Assembly: GCA_049322915.1 (NCBI GenBank)
Contig: JBMOPW010000019.1
Location: 31,774-95,773 of the forward strand
Direction: 5' to 3'
Source of the DNA: Candidatus Zhuqueibacterota bacterium
GTDB lineage: Bacteria > Zhuqueibacterota > Zhuqueibacteria > Thermofontimicrobiales > Thermofontimicrobiaceae
Length of the DNA stretch: 64,000 bases
Within the stretch, counting starts at the first letter, position 1, and every line of letters starts with the position of its first letter. The position numbers were made by a program, and so were the translations under genes. The notes under the pieces were generated by a model. The model was not told the origin of the DNA. It saw only the letters and a list, made by a program, of their open reading frames with translations, and did not search any database. Shown piece after piece: positions 42,139 through 51,306 of this stretch.

Positions 42139-42180
42139 AAAAATGCCGGAAGGTAGCCATCCTTTGCCGGCATTTTTTTT
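42139..42180. terminator. Bidirectional intrinsic terminator
   Basis: aaaaatgccgg / ccggcattttttt. Confidence 0.7.
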
Positions 42181-42193
42181 CAGGGACCATCTT

Positions 42194-42806
42194 CTAATTC
42201 GGCCGGATGTGCTGGCGCAGCAGCAGTTCCTCAGCCACGTCCTTTTGCAGCACCCGATAGGCCGGTCGGTTCGCTGCGCGGTAAGTCTGAGAATGATGAA
42301 CCTCGCGATAGCCATCCCTCTTCATCGCTTCATCGAATTCTGTCAATTGCTGCCGGTCAAAGGATAATTTACCACTGGCAACGGCAGTTTTGAATTCTTC
42401 CCAGCGCTTTAAAAATTGGGACTCGGTTCCCCGGATCGCTGCGGCGGATTGCCCCGAACAGCAAATCGCTATCGCCCTTTGCGCGCTTGTACGGGCGCAA
42501 ATTGAGGCGCACCACATTCCCGGAGGCGGCAATTGTTTCGAGCATTTTTTCAGTGCTGCCGGAATCGACGCCCGCAATTTCATTTTCTAGATACGCCTTT
42601 GCCCGATCCGGAAATTCAAGAATATGAGCCACACCGTAGACGCTTTGATAAATCAGCTTGTAAACGTCCTGCACCTCAACCCCCTTCTTCTCCTGCTGGT
42701 GCATTTCTATCAACCGGATCAGCGTCATCTCTTCCCCGCAGCAGAACGCCATCATCAACGCCAATGCCATGCGCACCCTGTTCGACACAATGAAATATCC
42801 TTTCAC
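42194..42806 (-). pseudogene. Frameshifted conserved hypothetical gene (QDxYKLxYQ...HHSxxYRxxxxPAYRV type)
   Basis: N-terminal half in ORF 42369-42806, C-terminal half in ORF 42194-42583; frame change near 42430-42445. Confidence 0.65.
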
Positions 42807-42821
42807 AATGTTGATAAAAAA

Positions 42822-45800
42822 TCATTCGGCCGTTGCAGCCACATTGGCGAGAAAAAATTTAATCGGGATTCTCGCCAGTTCGATTTTATTGCCCCCGGCC
42901 AAATTTAACGGGATGAGCTTCGTCAGCAGCTTGCCTTTTACCAAATGAATGCTCGGGTAGAGATTGTCGTGCTTTATTTCGAATGAGATCAAACGCGGTT
43001 TGTACCCCCAGTTCAACAGGGTTCTGGTATCCTGTATGCTCTTGTCGATCCCTTTGGGATCCAGCGATTGCAGCACATTATCCGTGAACTGCGGCCCGAT
43101 CTTGGTCACATAGAGATAGCCGGCCACATCCAGGCGGGTCGCCGGGTCAACTCCCAGACCGTGCAGTTCCAGATTCAAATTCAGATCCGCGTCTTTTTCG
43201 CTTCTCCGCGTCGAAGGCAACAGCCTGGCCGAATTGAGCCGTGACAAATCCGCCTTGATTTTCCATTCAATATTTTCAGGCTCCCCGGTGTGCGCGTTGA
43301 GGGTGAGCATCCCGGCCATGTTTCCGTCATAAAGCTTCAGTGAAAAACGCGGGATTTCGACCATCTCGTTTTGAATGTGCAGATCGATGTTCATGTCGCT
43401 GACGCTATAATCCATCGCACTGATTTTATTGATATGGATTCGGGAGAAAATTGTATCATTCAATTCTTTGAAATAATAGGGCCGCAACAGATCATAGTAG
43501 GATGAAGTCGCCGAAGCTAAAAACGCACGGTCGCCCTCGGTTTGCACGATCCATCCTTTTTCGATATCAATTTTCTGAGTAAAATAGAGACAGCCGGCAA
43601 TGGTATCCGCCCGGGCGATAGTATCGTATTGCACCGAAACATTATCGAACTTCAGCCAGCCATCGATTGCAGCGATGTTCTGTTTCAGGTTGACTTCCGC
43701 GCCCTGCGACAAAGCCCCGGTCACAGAAATTTGTTCCGGCAATTGCACTTCCTTTTCAGTCGCATCCAGCGTGAGCAGACTGGCGAGTCTGGCCTGCAAA
43801 TTACCGGTCAGGCTGTCCGCTCTCCCGGTGACGCGCAAATTGGCATTGAACGCCGGGACAACCACGTCAGCGCTATCCAGCACGAGCGTCTCAAAATCCG
43901 GGGCGTGCCCGGTCAGGGTCAACGCGATGTCTCGCAACGGAGTATCCAGCACTCCGTCAACCATCAGGTCGTCCACTTTTCCCTGCATGTGAATCTCGCC
44001 GGAAATCGCATCGGTCTCGAACTGGATCTGGTTTTTGATCGAACCGATTCGGAGAAAACTGGCCGGCCACAGCAGGCCGCCGTCCATCGAGATGGTTCCT
44101 GCACCGTGAATGGTGGGCTCGCCTTTTTCGTCCACGAGGACCGTCACTGTGGAATTGATCAGGGTCGCGCCTGATAATGTGAGCGTTTCCAGTCCGACTA
44201 AAAACGCCTCCGGCGCCGCCAGCAGAGCGTTTTGGTGATCCAGTTCAATCTGATCCATCACCAGGTGAATTCTCTGGGTCTCGCCTATAAAAGCGCGACC
44301 GTGGGCCAGCGCGGATAGAAAATCGCCGACCTGAATGTCGATCTTGCCGGCCTGGAAATATTGAAAGGTCGTGTCCGCGCTCAAAACAGCGGTCGCCACC
44401 ATTTCCATCGGATGAACGATGATGGGCTCAGGCTCGTAGGGGATCTCCAGAATATCAGTGCTGACCACCAGCGCCATGTCGATGCTGTCCAGCGACTGCG
44501 AGCTGAGTTTCAAATCGAGACCGGCTTCGCCCTCCAGCGCCGACTCTGTGACCGCCGCCAGCGACATCCCCTGAAAATAGAGATGCGCATCGGCAAGATA
44601 CGAGTTCAGTCCGTCGAACGAGGAGAAATGAGCGAGAAGGTTCAGCGTGGTGTTGAAAAAATTCTTGAGCGAGGCGGATGCATTCACGGAGACCGGGAAA
44701 AATTCCGGATCCAGCCGCGCTATCACGTTGGTTTCCAGATTGCCAAAACCATACTCCAGTGTGTCCACCTTCACGTAGAAGCTGTCCGCGTTTAAACTCA
44801 GATTGACATCGGTGCCAACAAAACCGAAAGCGTTGAGTATTCCCTGAGCCGATGTCGTCACGTTCAGCCGGTGAAGTTCGGCCATCGGTTCCGAATATGC
44901 GGCGGATAAATTTCGAATCGCAACATTCACATCGTAATGCAGGCCAGCGTTTACATCGTCGCTCATCGGTTCGCCGACGAATTTTGTGCCGAGCAGCGAC
45001 GCCACACCGCTCACAGTGATTTTATCGAGCTCCTTCCGAATGGTATCAGGCAGTATGGCGGCGAAAGAGTCCATCACGTTTTTCAACCGAATATGGCTTC
45101 GGATGACTTCGAGCGAAATGCGCGGCTGGTCGATAAAACGAGTCACGCTGCCGCCCAGGCTGAAAAGCGTCTCATCGCCCAGAGTGGCGGTCACGTCGTT
45201 CACTTCGAGCGACTGCTGCTCAATGTCCGCCAGCAAGGCCAGGGAAACGCTCATTAATTCCGGCAGCGGGAATTGATGCGTCGAGACCCGGCTCGAATCA
45301 TTTTCCCGGAACGACACCCGCGTGTCTGTGAGCGCAATCTCGCCGGTCGCTGAAATTCGCTCCGCGCCAGCCACCTCGGTCTTCAGATTTACCCGGACCA
45401 GACTGGCCGCTTCGATGATCGCGTTCGAGGAATCGGCGCGGATGGTAACCTCCCACGGCTGGTCATCGGAGGACAGGGACAGCGAGGCCTTTGTCTGCCG
45501 GGACATCTCATCCAGCGATTTGAGCGAAGTCGAAAAATCATCCAGATGAACGGAAAGACCGCCTGACTTGATCGACAGCCGCGTTGGCGGCTGGTGAATG
45601 CCGATGTGAGCGGCCATGTCGTTCACGGCGAATTTTTTCAATTTCACAGAAAACGGCAGGCTGAATTCCGATGTGCTATCTTTGGAAGCAACGGCCCCGG
45701 GCCCAACACGTTTGGTTGAATCCACAGGAACCATGGATTCGAAATTCCAGATACCGTGTTCATTCTGAAAGAGGAACGCTTCCGGCCGGTCGACGATGAT

Positions 45801-46136
45801 TTCATGAATTTGTATCTGTTTTCTCAGCAGGGACAGCAGGCGATAGCGAAGCTGAACCCGCTCCACGGAAAGCAGTCGCGCCGAATGAGCCCGGACTGAA
45901 TCTCCGCGAGGGACGTCATAGACGCAGACATCCCCCAGGGTAAAACCCTTGACCGGATTGAGCCACAGACTGCCGATTGTCACGCGACGGTTCAGCGCCG
46001 TCTCGGCCTCCGCCGTCAGAATTTTGATGATCTCATCTGGCGGGTATTTCAACCGCAGCACAATATAGGCGATGGTGAGAAGTAGTCCAAAGCCAATGCC
46101 GATCCACAACACTATTTTCACGAACTTTTTGAGCAT
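42822..46136 (-). CDS. AsmA-family / bridge-like envelope protein
   Basis: N-terminal TM; LNRRVTIG, VDRPE..L, WNF; long beta-rich body. Confidence 0.75.
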   Translation of the reverse strand: MLKKFVKIVLWIGIGFGLLLTIAYIVLRLKYPPDEIIKILTAEAETALNRRVTIGSLWLNPVKGFTLGDVCVYDVPRGDSVRAHSARLLSVERVQLRYRLLSLLRKQIQIHEIIVDRPEAFLFQNEHGIWNFESMVPVDSTKRVGPGAVASKDSTSEFSLPFSVKLKKFAVNDMAAHIGIHQPPTRLSIKSGGLSVHLDDFSTSLKSLDEMSRQTKASLSLSSDDQPWEVTIRADSSNAIIEAASLVRVNLKTEVAGAERISATGEIALTDTRVSFRENDSSRVSTHQFPLPELMSVSLALLADIEQQSLEVNDVTATLGDETLFSLGGSVTRFIDQPRISLEVIRSHIRLKNVMDSFAAILPDTIRKELDKITVSGVASLLGTKFVGEPMSDDVNAGLHYDVNVAIRNLSAAYSEPMAELHRLNVTTSAQGILNAFGFVGTDVNLSLNADSFYVKVDTLEYGFGNLETNVIARLDPEFFPVSVNASASLKNFFNTTLNLLAHFSSFDGLNSYLADAHLYFQGMSLAAVTESALEGEAGLDLKLSSQSLDSIDMALVVSTDILEIPYEPEPIIVHPMEMVATAVLSADTTFQYFQAGKIDIQVGDFLSALAHGRAFIGETQRIHLVMDQIELDHQNALLAAPEAFLVGLETLTLSGATLINSTVTVLVDEKGEPTIHGAGTISMDGGLLWPASFLRIGSIKNQIQFETDAISGEIHMQGKVDDLMVDGVLDTPLRDIALTLTGHAPDFETLVLDSADVVVPAFNANLRVTGRADSLTGNLQARLASLLTLDATEKEVQLPEQISVTGALSQGAEVNLKQNIAAIDGWLKFDNVSVQYDTIARADTIAGCLYFTQKIDIEKGWIVQTEGDRAFLASATSSYYDLLRPYYFKELNDTIFSRIHINKISAMDYSVSDMNIDLHIQNEMVEIPRFSLKLYDGNMAGMLTLNAHTGEPENIEWKIKADLSRLNSARLLPSTRRSEKDADLNLNLELHGLGVDPATRLDVAGYLYVTKIGPQFTDNVLQSLDPKGIDKSIQDTRTLLNWGYKPRLISFEIKHDNLYPSIHLVKGKLLTKLIPLNLAGGNKIELARIPIKFFLANVAATAE

Positions 46137-46324
46137 GGCTGTTACTTCATCCTCGGGTTATTTCCACGTAAAATTAGCGGTCAGCCTGCAGCGAGCCGTT
46201 TTCTATTCAAAAAAGGTATCTACTCAGGTGACCATGCTGAAGCATGGCGCTGGTTTAAAATTGTACCAACACCACGATTTATCGTGGTGTTCAAAAATCA
46301 ACGAGCCAGTTTCGCGGTAAGAAT

Positions 46325-46400
46325 ACATGTCTGAATAGCGACGAAAATTTTCTTTAACCCGGAACCATGAACCTTTAAACCTGGAACCTGAGCAGCTACC
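46325..46400. repeat. Dispersed intergenic repeat, copy 2
   Basis: Similar to 26928-26988. Confidence 0.55.
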
Positions 46401-46485
46401 AAAAAAGTATTAAAATTTTCTATCAGAAACGACTACAGAGGTTCTATGTTCTGTCATAACCGGTGCGCCGCGAGCTACCGCTACC

Positions 46486-47886
46486 TCACTGAAGATACAG
46501 TGGAAACTCAACGTTGATTTGTCCTGGATCAATTTTTCGCTTCAAATCTTCGGCGTCCAGCGCGAATCTCGCGTCGATTTCAATCAATCCATTCCCGGCT
46601 GGAATCGCCACGCCGGCCTGTTTCAGCATATCGGCATAGTAATCGACTAAATCCTGCCGCGCTGTTTCCGCCGAGTCGCTGCCTTCCTTGTTCTTCACCG
46701 GGCTGAACTCCTTCTTCCGATCGACCTCCATGAGCACCGCCGCCCGGGCATCCTGAAGCGCATCGAAAATGAACATTTCAAACTTGTATCCGTTCGGTTT
46801 GGCTGGTTCTACCAATCGGCCCTGCTCGTCCAGATGCGGAATTTTTTTGAATGCCAGATGGTACGGCAATTTCGCCTGTGAAATTTCATTCTCGATAAAA
46901 GGCACATGAAAGACATGGATGGCGATGCTGCCGCCGCGAAACTTCAACGAGCCATCGCTGTTTCGGGCCTCTTTATCCGCCACGGACAAATCGCTGTACT
47001 CGATGACGGCAAGCTTGCCGTTCAACCAGCCGACGACGCCGACCTTCTCGTACGGGTCCCGCTTGGAAACAAGCTTTGCCGACATCTCCGCCTTGTTCTC
47101 CCGATGGTAGCCTAAAAAGGTGGGATCACAAATTTTTATCAACACATTATCAATTTGAAAATAGAAAATCTCCTCGATGCCGCGGGCTTTCATTTCATCG
47201 AGACAGCCATTATCGCGCAGCGCATTCAGGGTTCCGCCATGACCGTTGGGATTGGTGAAAATATGATCCTTCGCGTCGAGGAACATGCTTCCCTGGCCAT
47301 CCAGCGCCGGAATCATCCCCTGCCTGAAAAAATAGACATCGCCTTCGCTCAGACCGAAAAATCGATGGCGCTGAAAGAAAGCCACTGTTTCGTCGTGATT
47401 CGTCTCGCTGGTCATGATGAACCAGGGAATCACGGCGCCATACTTACTCTGCAATGCCGCAATCTTTTCGGCGTGAAGCTGAAACAGACTTTTCCGGCTG
47501 ATGGGAGCAATGGTGTACATGCCCTTCGGCCCGTCGAATCCCAGGCGACTCCCCTGTCCGCCGGCAACGAGCAACGCAGCGACTTTGCCCCGGGACAGCA
47601 GCGCTTCCCCGATTTTCTTTGCCTCAGCCGCCTTCATCTTTTGCTGATCTGTCGCCGGGATTGGAATAATTTCCGGCGGCTGCAATTCTCCCTGGAATAA
47701 ATTATTCTGAGCGCCGCTCAGGTAGGTCTCTTTTAACTGCTTCAATAAAGTGAAATCGATGGACTGAACCTGCTGAATCAGATTCACTTTCCCCTGCCGG
47801 GACAATTCATCCCAAAAACGAAAGATGTGCCCCTGCCCTGCTGCACTGGCTTTTTCTCTGAGCTGTTTTACCATGGTGTCGTTCAC
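46486..47886 (-). CDS. UDP-N-acetylhexosamine pyrophosphorylase (UAP1-like, UDPGP family)
   Basis: AGGQGSRLG..GPKG, PNGHGG, QIDN, IEYS, KFEMFIFD, EFSPVKN; GTG start. Confidence 0.88.
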   Translation of the reverse strand: MNDTMVKQLREKASAAGQGHIFRFWDELSRQGKVNLIQQVQSIDFTLLKQLKETYLSGAQNNLFQGELQPPEIIPIPATDQQKMKAAEAKKIGEALLSRGKVAALLVAGGQGSRLGFDGPKGMYTIAPISRKSLFQLHAEKIAALQSKYGAVIPWFIMTSETNHDETVAFFQRHRFFGLSEGDVYFFRQGMIPALDGQGSMFLDAKDHIFTNPNGHGGTLNALRDNGCLDEMKARGIEEIFYFQIDNVLIKICDPTFLGYHRENKAEMSAKLVSKRDPYEKVGVVGWLNGKLAVIEYSDLSVADKEARNSDGSLKFRGGSIAIHVFHVPFIENEISQAKLPYHLAFKKIPHLDEQGRLVEPAKPNGYKFEMFIFDALQDARAAVLMEVDRKKEFSPVKNKEGSDSAETARQDLVDYYADMLKQAGVAIPAGNGLIEIDARFALDAEDLKRKIDPGQINVEFPLYLQ

Positions 47887-48292
47887 TGTGCATTGTCTCC
47901 AGTTAGTTGTCCAATAGTGCCCTACATTTTACGCCTATAAAATATTAGTTTTATCATTAAATGCAACTTATTTTTTGTTTTATTTAGTTAACAGTGGGGC
48001 GTAAAAAAAATGCAGTGCTTTCCTCGTTGCCTTCCCGAAATACCACGCCCGTTTTCCCAATCGAGACTCGTGCGCCATTGGGGTGAAAGAGGAATCGAAT
48101 AGCGGCTATGCATCGGATAGTTCACGGGGAGAGCCGTCCTGTACCGGGAAAAAATATGGAATGAAATGACGGTGCAGCGGAACATGAGGTAATCGTCTAC
48201 TGGAATGATGGTGGCCTAACCTGAATCATCATCGGCAGTTGCCTGGGATGATGGTGCGGAATGCTCCTTCAGTTACGTGAACCAACAATGGC

Positions 48293-48721
48293 TCAGCTCA
48301 CGGATTGAACGTACTTCACCAATTTGAGGTGGTTCTTGCCCATCCGGGTGGCGTAATGGACTTCATCCATGATGGTATTGAAGATGAAAATACCCATGCC
48401 GCCCTCCGGTAGATTTTCAATATCTGTCGGGTCGAAATCAAACGGCCGGGCATTGGACGGATCGTATTGCCGGCCTTCATCGATGATTGTAAAAATCAGG
48501 CTCGTCGGATTGAGTTCAATGAGGACTTCGATGTTTTTGGTCGGCTCGAACTGATAGGCATGTTCCACAACGTTGGTGCAGCTTTCCACGATGGCGGTTT
48601 CAATCAATTGACTGTCCGCCGGAGAAACGAGTTGATAGGTTGAAATAGTCCTCGCCACAGAGCCCACCAGGCGGACATTTTCCAGCGTGCTCGGAATATT
48701 GAGCTTCACATGTGCATTCAT
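48293..48721 (-). CDS. RsbW-like anti-sigma factor Ser/Thr kinase
   Basis: ESCTNVVEHAY, IDEG, EGGMGIF..MDEV; start taken at MNAHV. Confidence 0.88.
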   Translation of the reverse strand: MNAHVKLNIPSTLENVRLVGSVARTISTYQLVSPADSQLIETAIVESCTNVVEHAYQFEPTKNIEVLIELNPTSLIFTIIDEGRQYDPSNARPFDFDPTDIENLPEGGMGIFIFNTIMDEVHYATRMGKNHLKLVKYVQSVS

Positions 48722-48841
48722 TATTTTCCCGAGAGTAAGTTGATCAAATGACAGCATTTCACTGACGCGCCGAATCGAATACAACGGACGTCCGGCAGCC
48801 CATTCGGCAAACAGGCTGAACCGGCGTTCTTCCCGGCTGCA

Positions 48842-49180
48842 TCAGTTGAAACTCTTCAGCGCGGACTCCACGTCATCGTAAATATTGAACACCAGATTCA
48901 ACCGCGTCAAATCGAACATGTTTTTCACCTGGTCGCGCGGCCGGGCAATTTTCAATTCGCCATTTTTGCCAATCAGTTTCAGGACCGATACCATCGCGCC
49001 CAGTCCGGCGCTGTCGATGAAATCGATGGCATCCAGATTGATCAGAATGCGCGAATAGCCATCCTCCTTCACTCTCCGGACTAAATTCTCTTTGAAATCC
49101 ATGGCCACTTTGGCGTCGAGTCGCTTCTCCAGCGGAGAGATAACCAGCACATCATTTTTCTTTTCAGAGGTAATTTCCAT
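48842..49180 (-). CDS. RsbV-like STAS anti-anti-sigma factor
   Basis: FIDSAGLG phosphoacceptor motif. Confidence 0.92.
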   Translation of the reverse strand: MEITSEKKNDVLVISPLEKRLDAKVAMDFKENLVRRVKEDGYSRILINLDAIDFIDSAGLGAMVSVLKLIGKNGELKIARPRDQVKNMFDLTRLNLVFNIYDDVESALKSFN

Positions 49181-49225
49181 TCAAATCTCCTTTCGTCGAT
49201 TCACTCGGAGCGAATCAACAGGTCG

Positions 49226-50800
49226 TCATTTCACTTCCAGTAACATTAACGCGATATCATCCTGCAACACTGAGTTTTTCGAAAAGCTCAGACAATGCTT
49301 CACCAGCGCGTTCAGCAGACGTTCGCCCTTCAATTGATTATTTTCCGTCAGAAAATTCTTGAGCCGCTCCATGCCAAAAAGCGCATTCCGGTCATCGGCC
49401 ATTTCAATGATGCCGTCGGTGTGAAGAAAGAGCTTGTGCTTCTTGCTGAATTCCATCTCGTAATTTTCATATTCAAAATCTTCCATGAAGCCAATGGCCA
49501 CGCCAAGTTTGCGCAGCTCAGTCACATGGCCATGCGGATCGATCATCAAAGGCAGCGCGTGATGGCCGGCCGATGCGTACGAAAGTCGGTATCGATTCAG
49601 GTCGATCACGCCGCACACAATCGTCAGATAAATGCCATTTTCAATGAAGTACTCCTCCTGATTGAAATTTCTATTCAATTGCCGGAGTATGTCCGCCGGG
49701 GTCAATGAATCGACATCAAATTTTTTCAGGATATTATTTATCTGTTCCCGAATGAACACCGTCACCAGCGCCGATGTGACGCCATGGCCGGACACGTCCG
49801 CAATATAGAAACCGATGCGGGAGTCGTCAATTTTGAAAATATTGATAAAATCGCCGCCCACCGTATTCGATGCCTGATAGAAGAAATTCACATCCAGGCT
49901 TTGGCACGCAGTCAACTCTCTGGGCAAAAGCGCTTCCTGAATTTTTCGGGCTGAATGCAGGTCCGCCTGAATCTGGTCACTTTTCTTGCGCAACTCGCTG
50001 TTCAGCGCTTCCAGTTTTATATTCGTCTCGCGGACTTTTTTCTGCAAATAAAAATTACGCGCATGCGCCTGCACGCGAGCCAGCAGCTCCGCCCTGTCAA
50101 ACGGCTTGGTGATATAATCGGTCGCGCCCGCGTCCAGCGCCTCGATCAGTTTGGATTTATCATCGACCGCAGTCAGGAACACAATGGGGATGTGATTGTA
50201 ACGCGGGTTCTTTCGGATGGCCTCCACGACCTGAAACCCGTTTTTGTGGGGCATCATGTAATCGAGTATCAGCAGTTCCGGGGCTTTTTGAGTGAATTGA
50301 GCCAGGGCCTGGTTTCCGTCCATGGCCAGACGAAGATTGGTGTAACCGTTCTTCTTCAGCAAATATTCCAGCATCCGTCGTGTGACCGCATCGTCTTCGG
50401 CAATCAAAATGTCAATTTCTTTTCCTGTTTCACGGGCCTCCTCGCGTTCTCGTTCGAACTCGCGGAGGCATTGCACCACTTCACCAGGCTGAACCGGCTT
50501 CTGCAAGATCATCGCGTCGCCATTCGCGCCCAATTTTTGCCTCACCCGGGCCGGATCGAGTTCCGTGAGAAAAACGATGGGGATGCCCCGGGTCTCGCTG
50601 CTTTGCCTCAGCGTCAAATAGAAATCGAACGCCGATGGGACCGATGCATTATCCTCCAGCACGATGAAATCTGGCCGGCGTTCCCGGACGGATTCGACCT
50701 TCGGCGCAGACATGACGCTGAAACCCTCTGCAGTCAGGAAGGAAGCAATACGCTCGCACAACGTATTGGTCGTATTGATCATCAGTACAAATTTGCCCAT
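49226..50800 (-). CDS. RsbU-like PP2C/SpoIIE phosphatase with two receiver domains
   Basis: Degenerate REC plus canonical REC (AEDD, LDYMMP, ITKP); GGDF, ADVSGHG, HTDG, DDI. Confidence 0.9.
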   Translation of the reverse strand: MGKFVLMINTTNTLCERIASFLTAEGFSVMSAPKVESVRERRPDFIVLEDNASVPSAFDFYLTLRQSSETRGIPIVFLTELDPARVRQKLGANGDAMILQKPVQPGEVVQCLREFEREREEARETGKEIDILIAEDDAVTRRMLEYLLKKNGYTNLRLAMDGNQALAQFTQKAPELLILDYMMPHKNGFQVVEAIRKNPRYNHIPIVFLTAVDDKSKLIEALDAGATDYITKPFDRAELLARVQAHARNFYLQKKVRETNIKLEALNSELRKKSDQIQADLHSARKIQEALLPRELTACQSLDVNFFYQASNTVGGDFINIFKIDDSRIGFYIADVSGHGVTSALVTVFIREQINNILKKFDVDSLTPADILRQLNRNFNQEEYFIENGIYLTIVCGVIDLNRYRLSYASAGHHALPLMIDPHGHVTELRKLGVAIGFMEDFEYENYEMEFSKKHKLFLHTDGIIEMADDRNALFGMERLKNFLTENNQLKGERLLNALVKHCLSFSKNSVLQDDIALMLLEVK

Positions 50801-51234
50801 GGTAACACCGGCTATCCAGAAATTGCATTCATCTTCGACATCACCGCGCCACCATTCAGGGAACGGGCGCCATTGTTAATATCGGCAGCGCCGCCTGTAA
50901 AATTGATGGGCAAAATAACGTCTGGCGCGAACAGGAGTCGTGGCCAGCGCAACTCCCCTGTCAGAATAGTGAAATGCACCGGGTGAGTCTCCACCAGCCG
51001 GCGTCACATCTCAACTGCACTGCACTTTATTATTCGAAGCAAAGCGCCGAGCCGGAGAAATATTTCGGTGAACCGGGCGGAATTTGACAGGCATGGAGGG
51101 AAAGCAATGTCATGAACCTGGCCCGCTTTTGAGCCGGGATTTCAAAATCAGCAGGTCGGAAAAAGCGGGTTGGACTGATTCAGGAGGTCATTGGCAAGGG
51201 GGTGGTTTTAATTTTTTTGGGAGAGGGAGATTTC

Positions 51235-51306
51235 ATTTATCGTGAGGCTCACCCGCCGATGTGAAGCGCCAGCGAAATAGCGGTCATGTGGAGCTATTTG
51301 TTAAAT
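51235..51306 (-). repeat. attC site (terminal; R'' ATTTAAC, degenerate R' GATAAAT)
   Basis: Minus strand atttaac-aaatagctccac..ccgcta..tcggcgggtgagc; R'' matches cassette start ATTAAAT at 55459-55453. Confidence 0.7.

Noticed and set aside
48293..50800. Rsb partner switch as part of the cassette system
   Set aside because: Outside the last attC, backbone-like composition, ordinary architecture
49955..50986. 343-aa plus-strand ORF
   Set aside because: Antisense shadow of the RsbU-like gene
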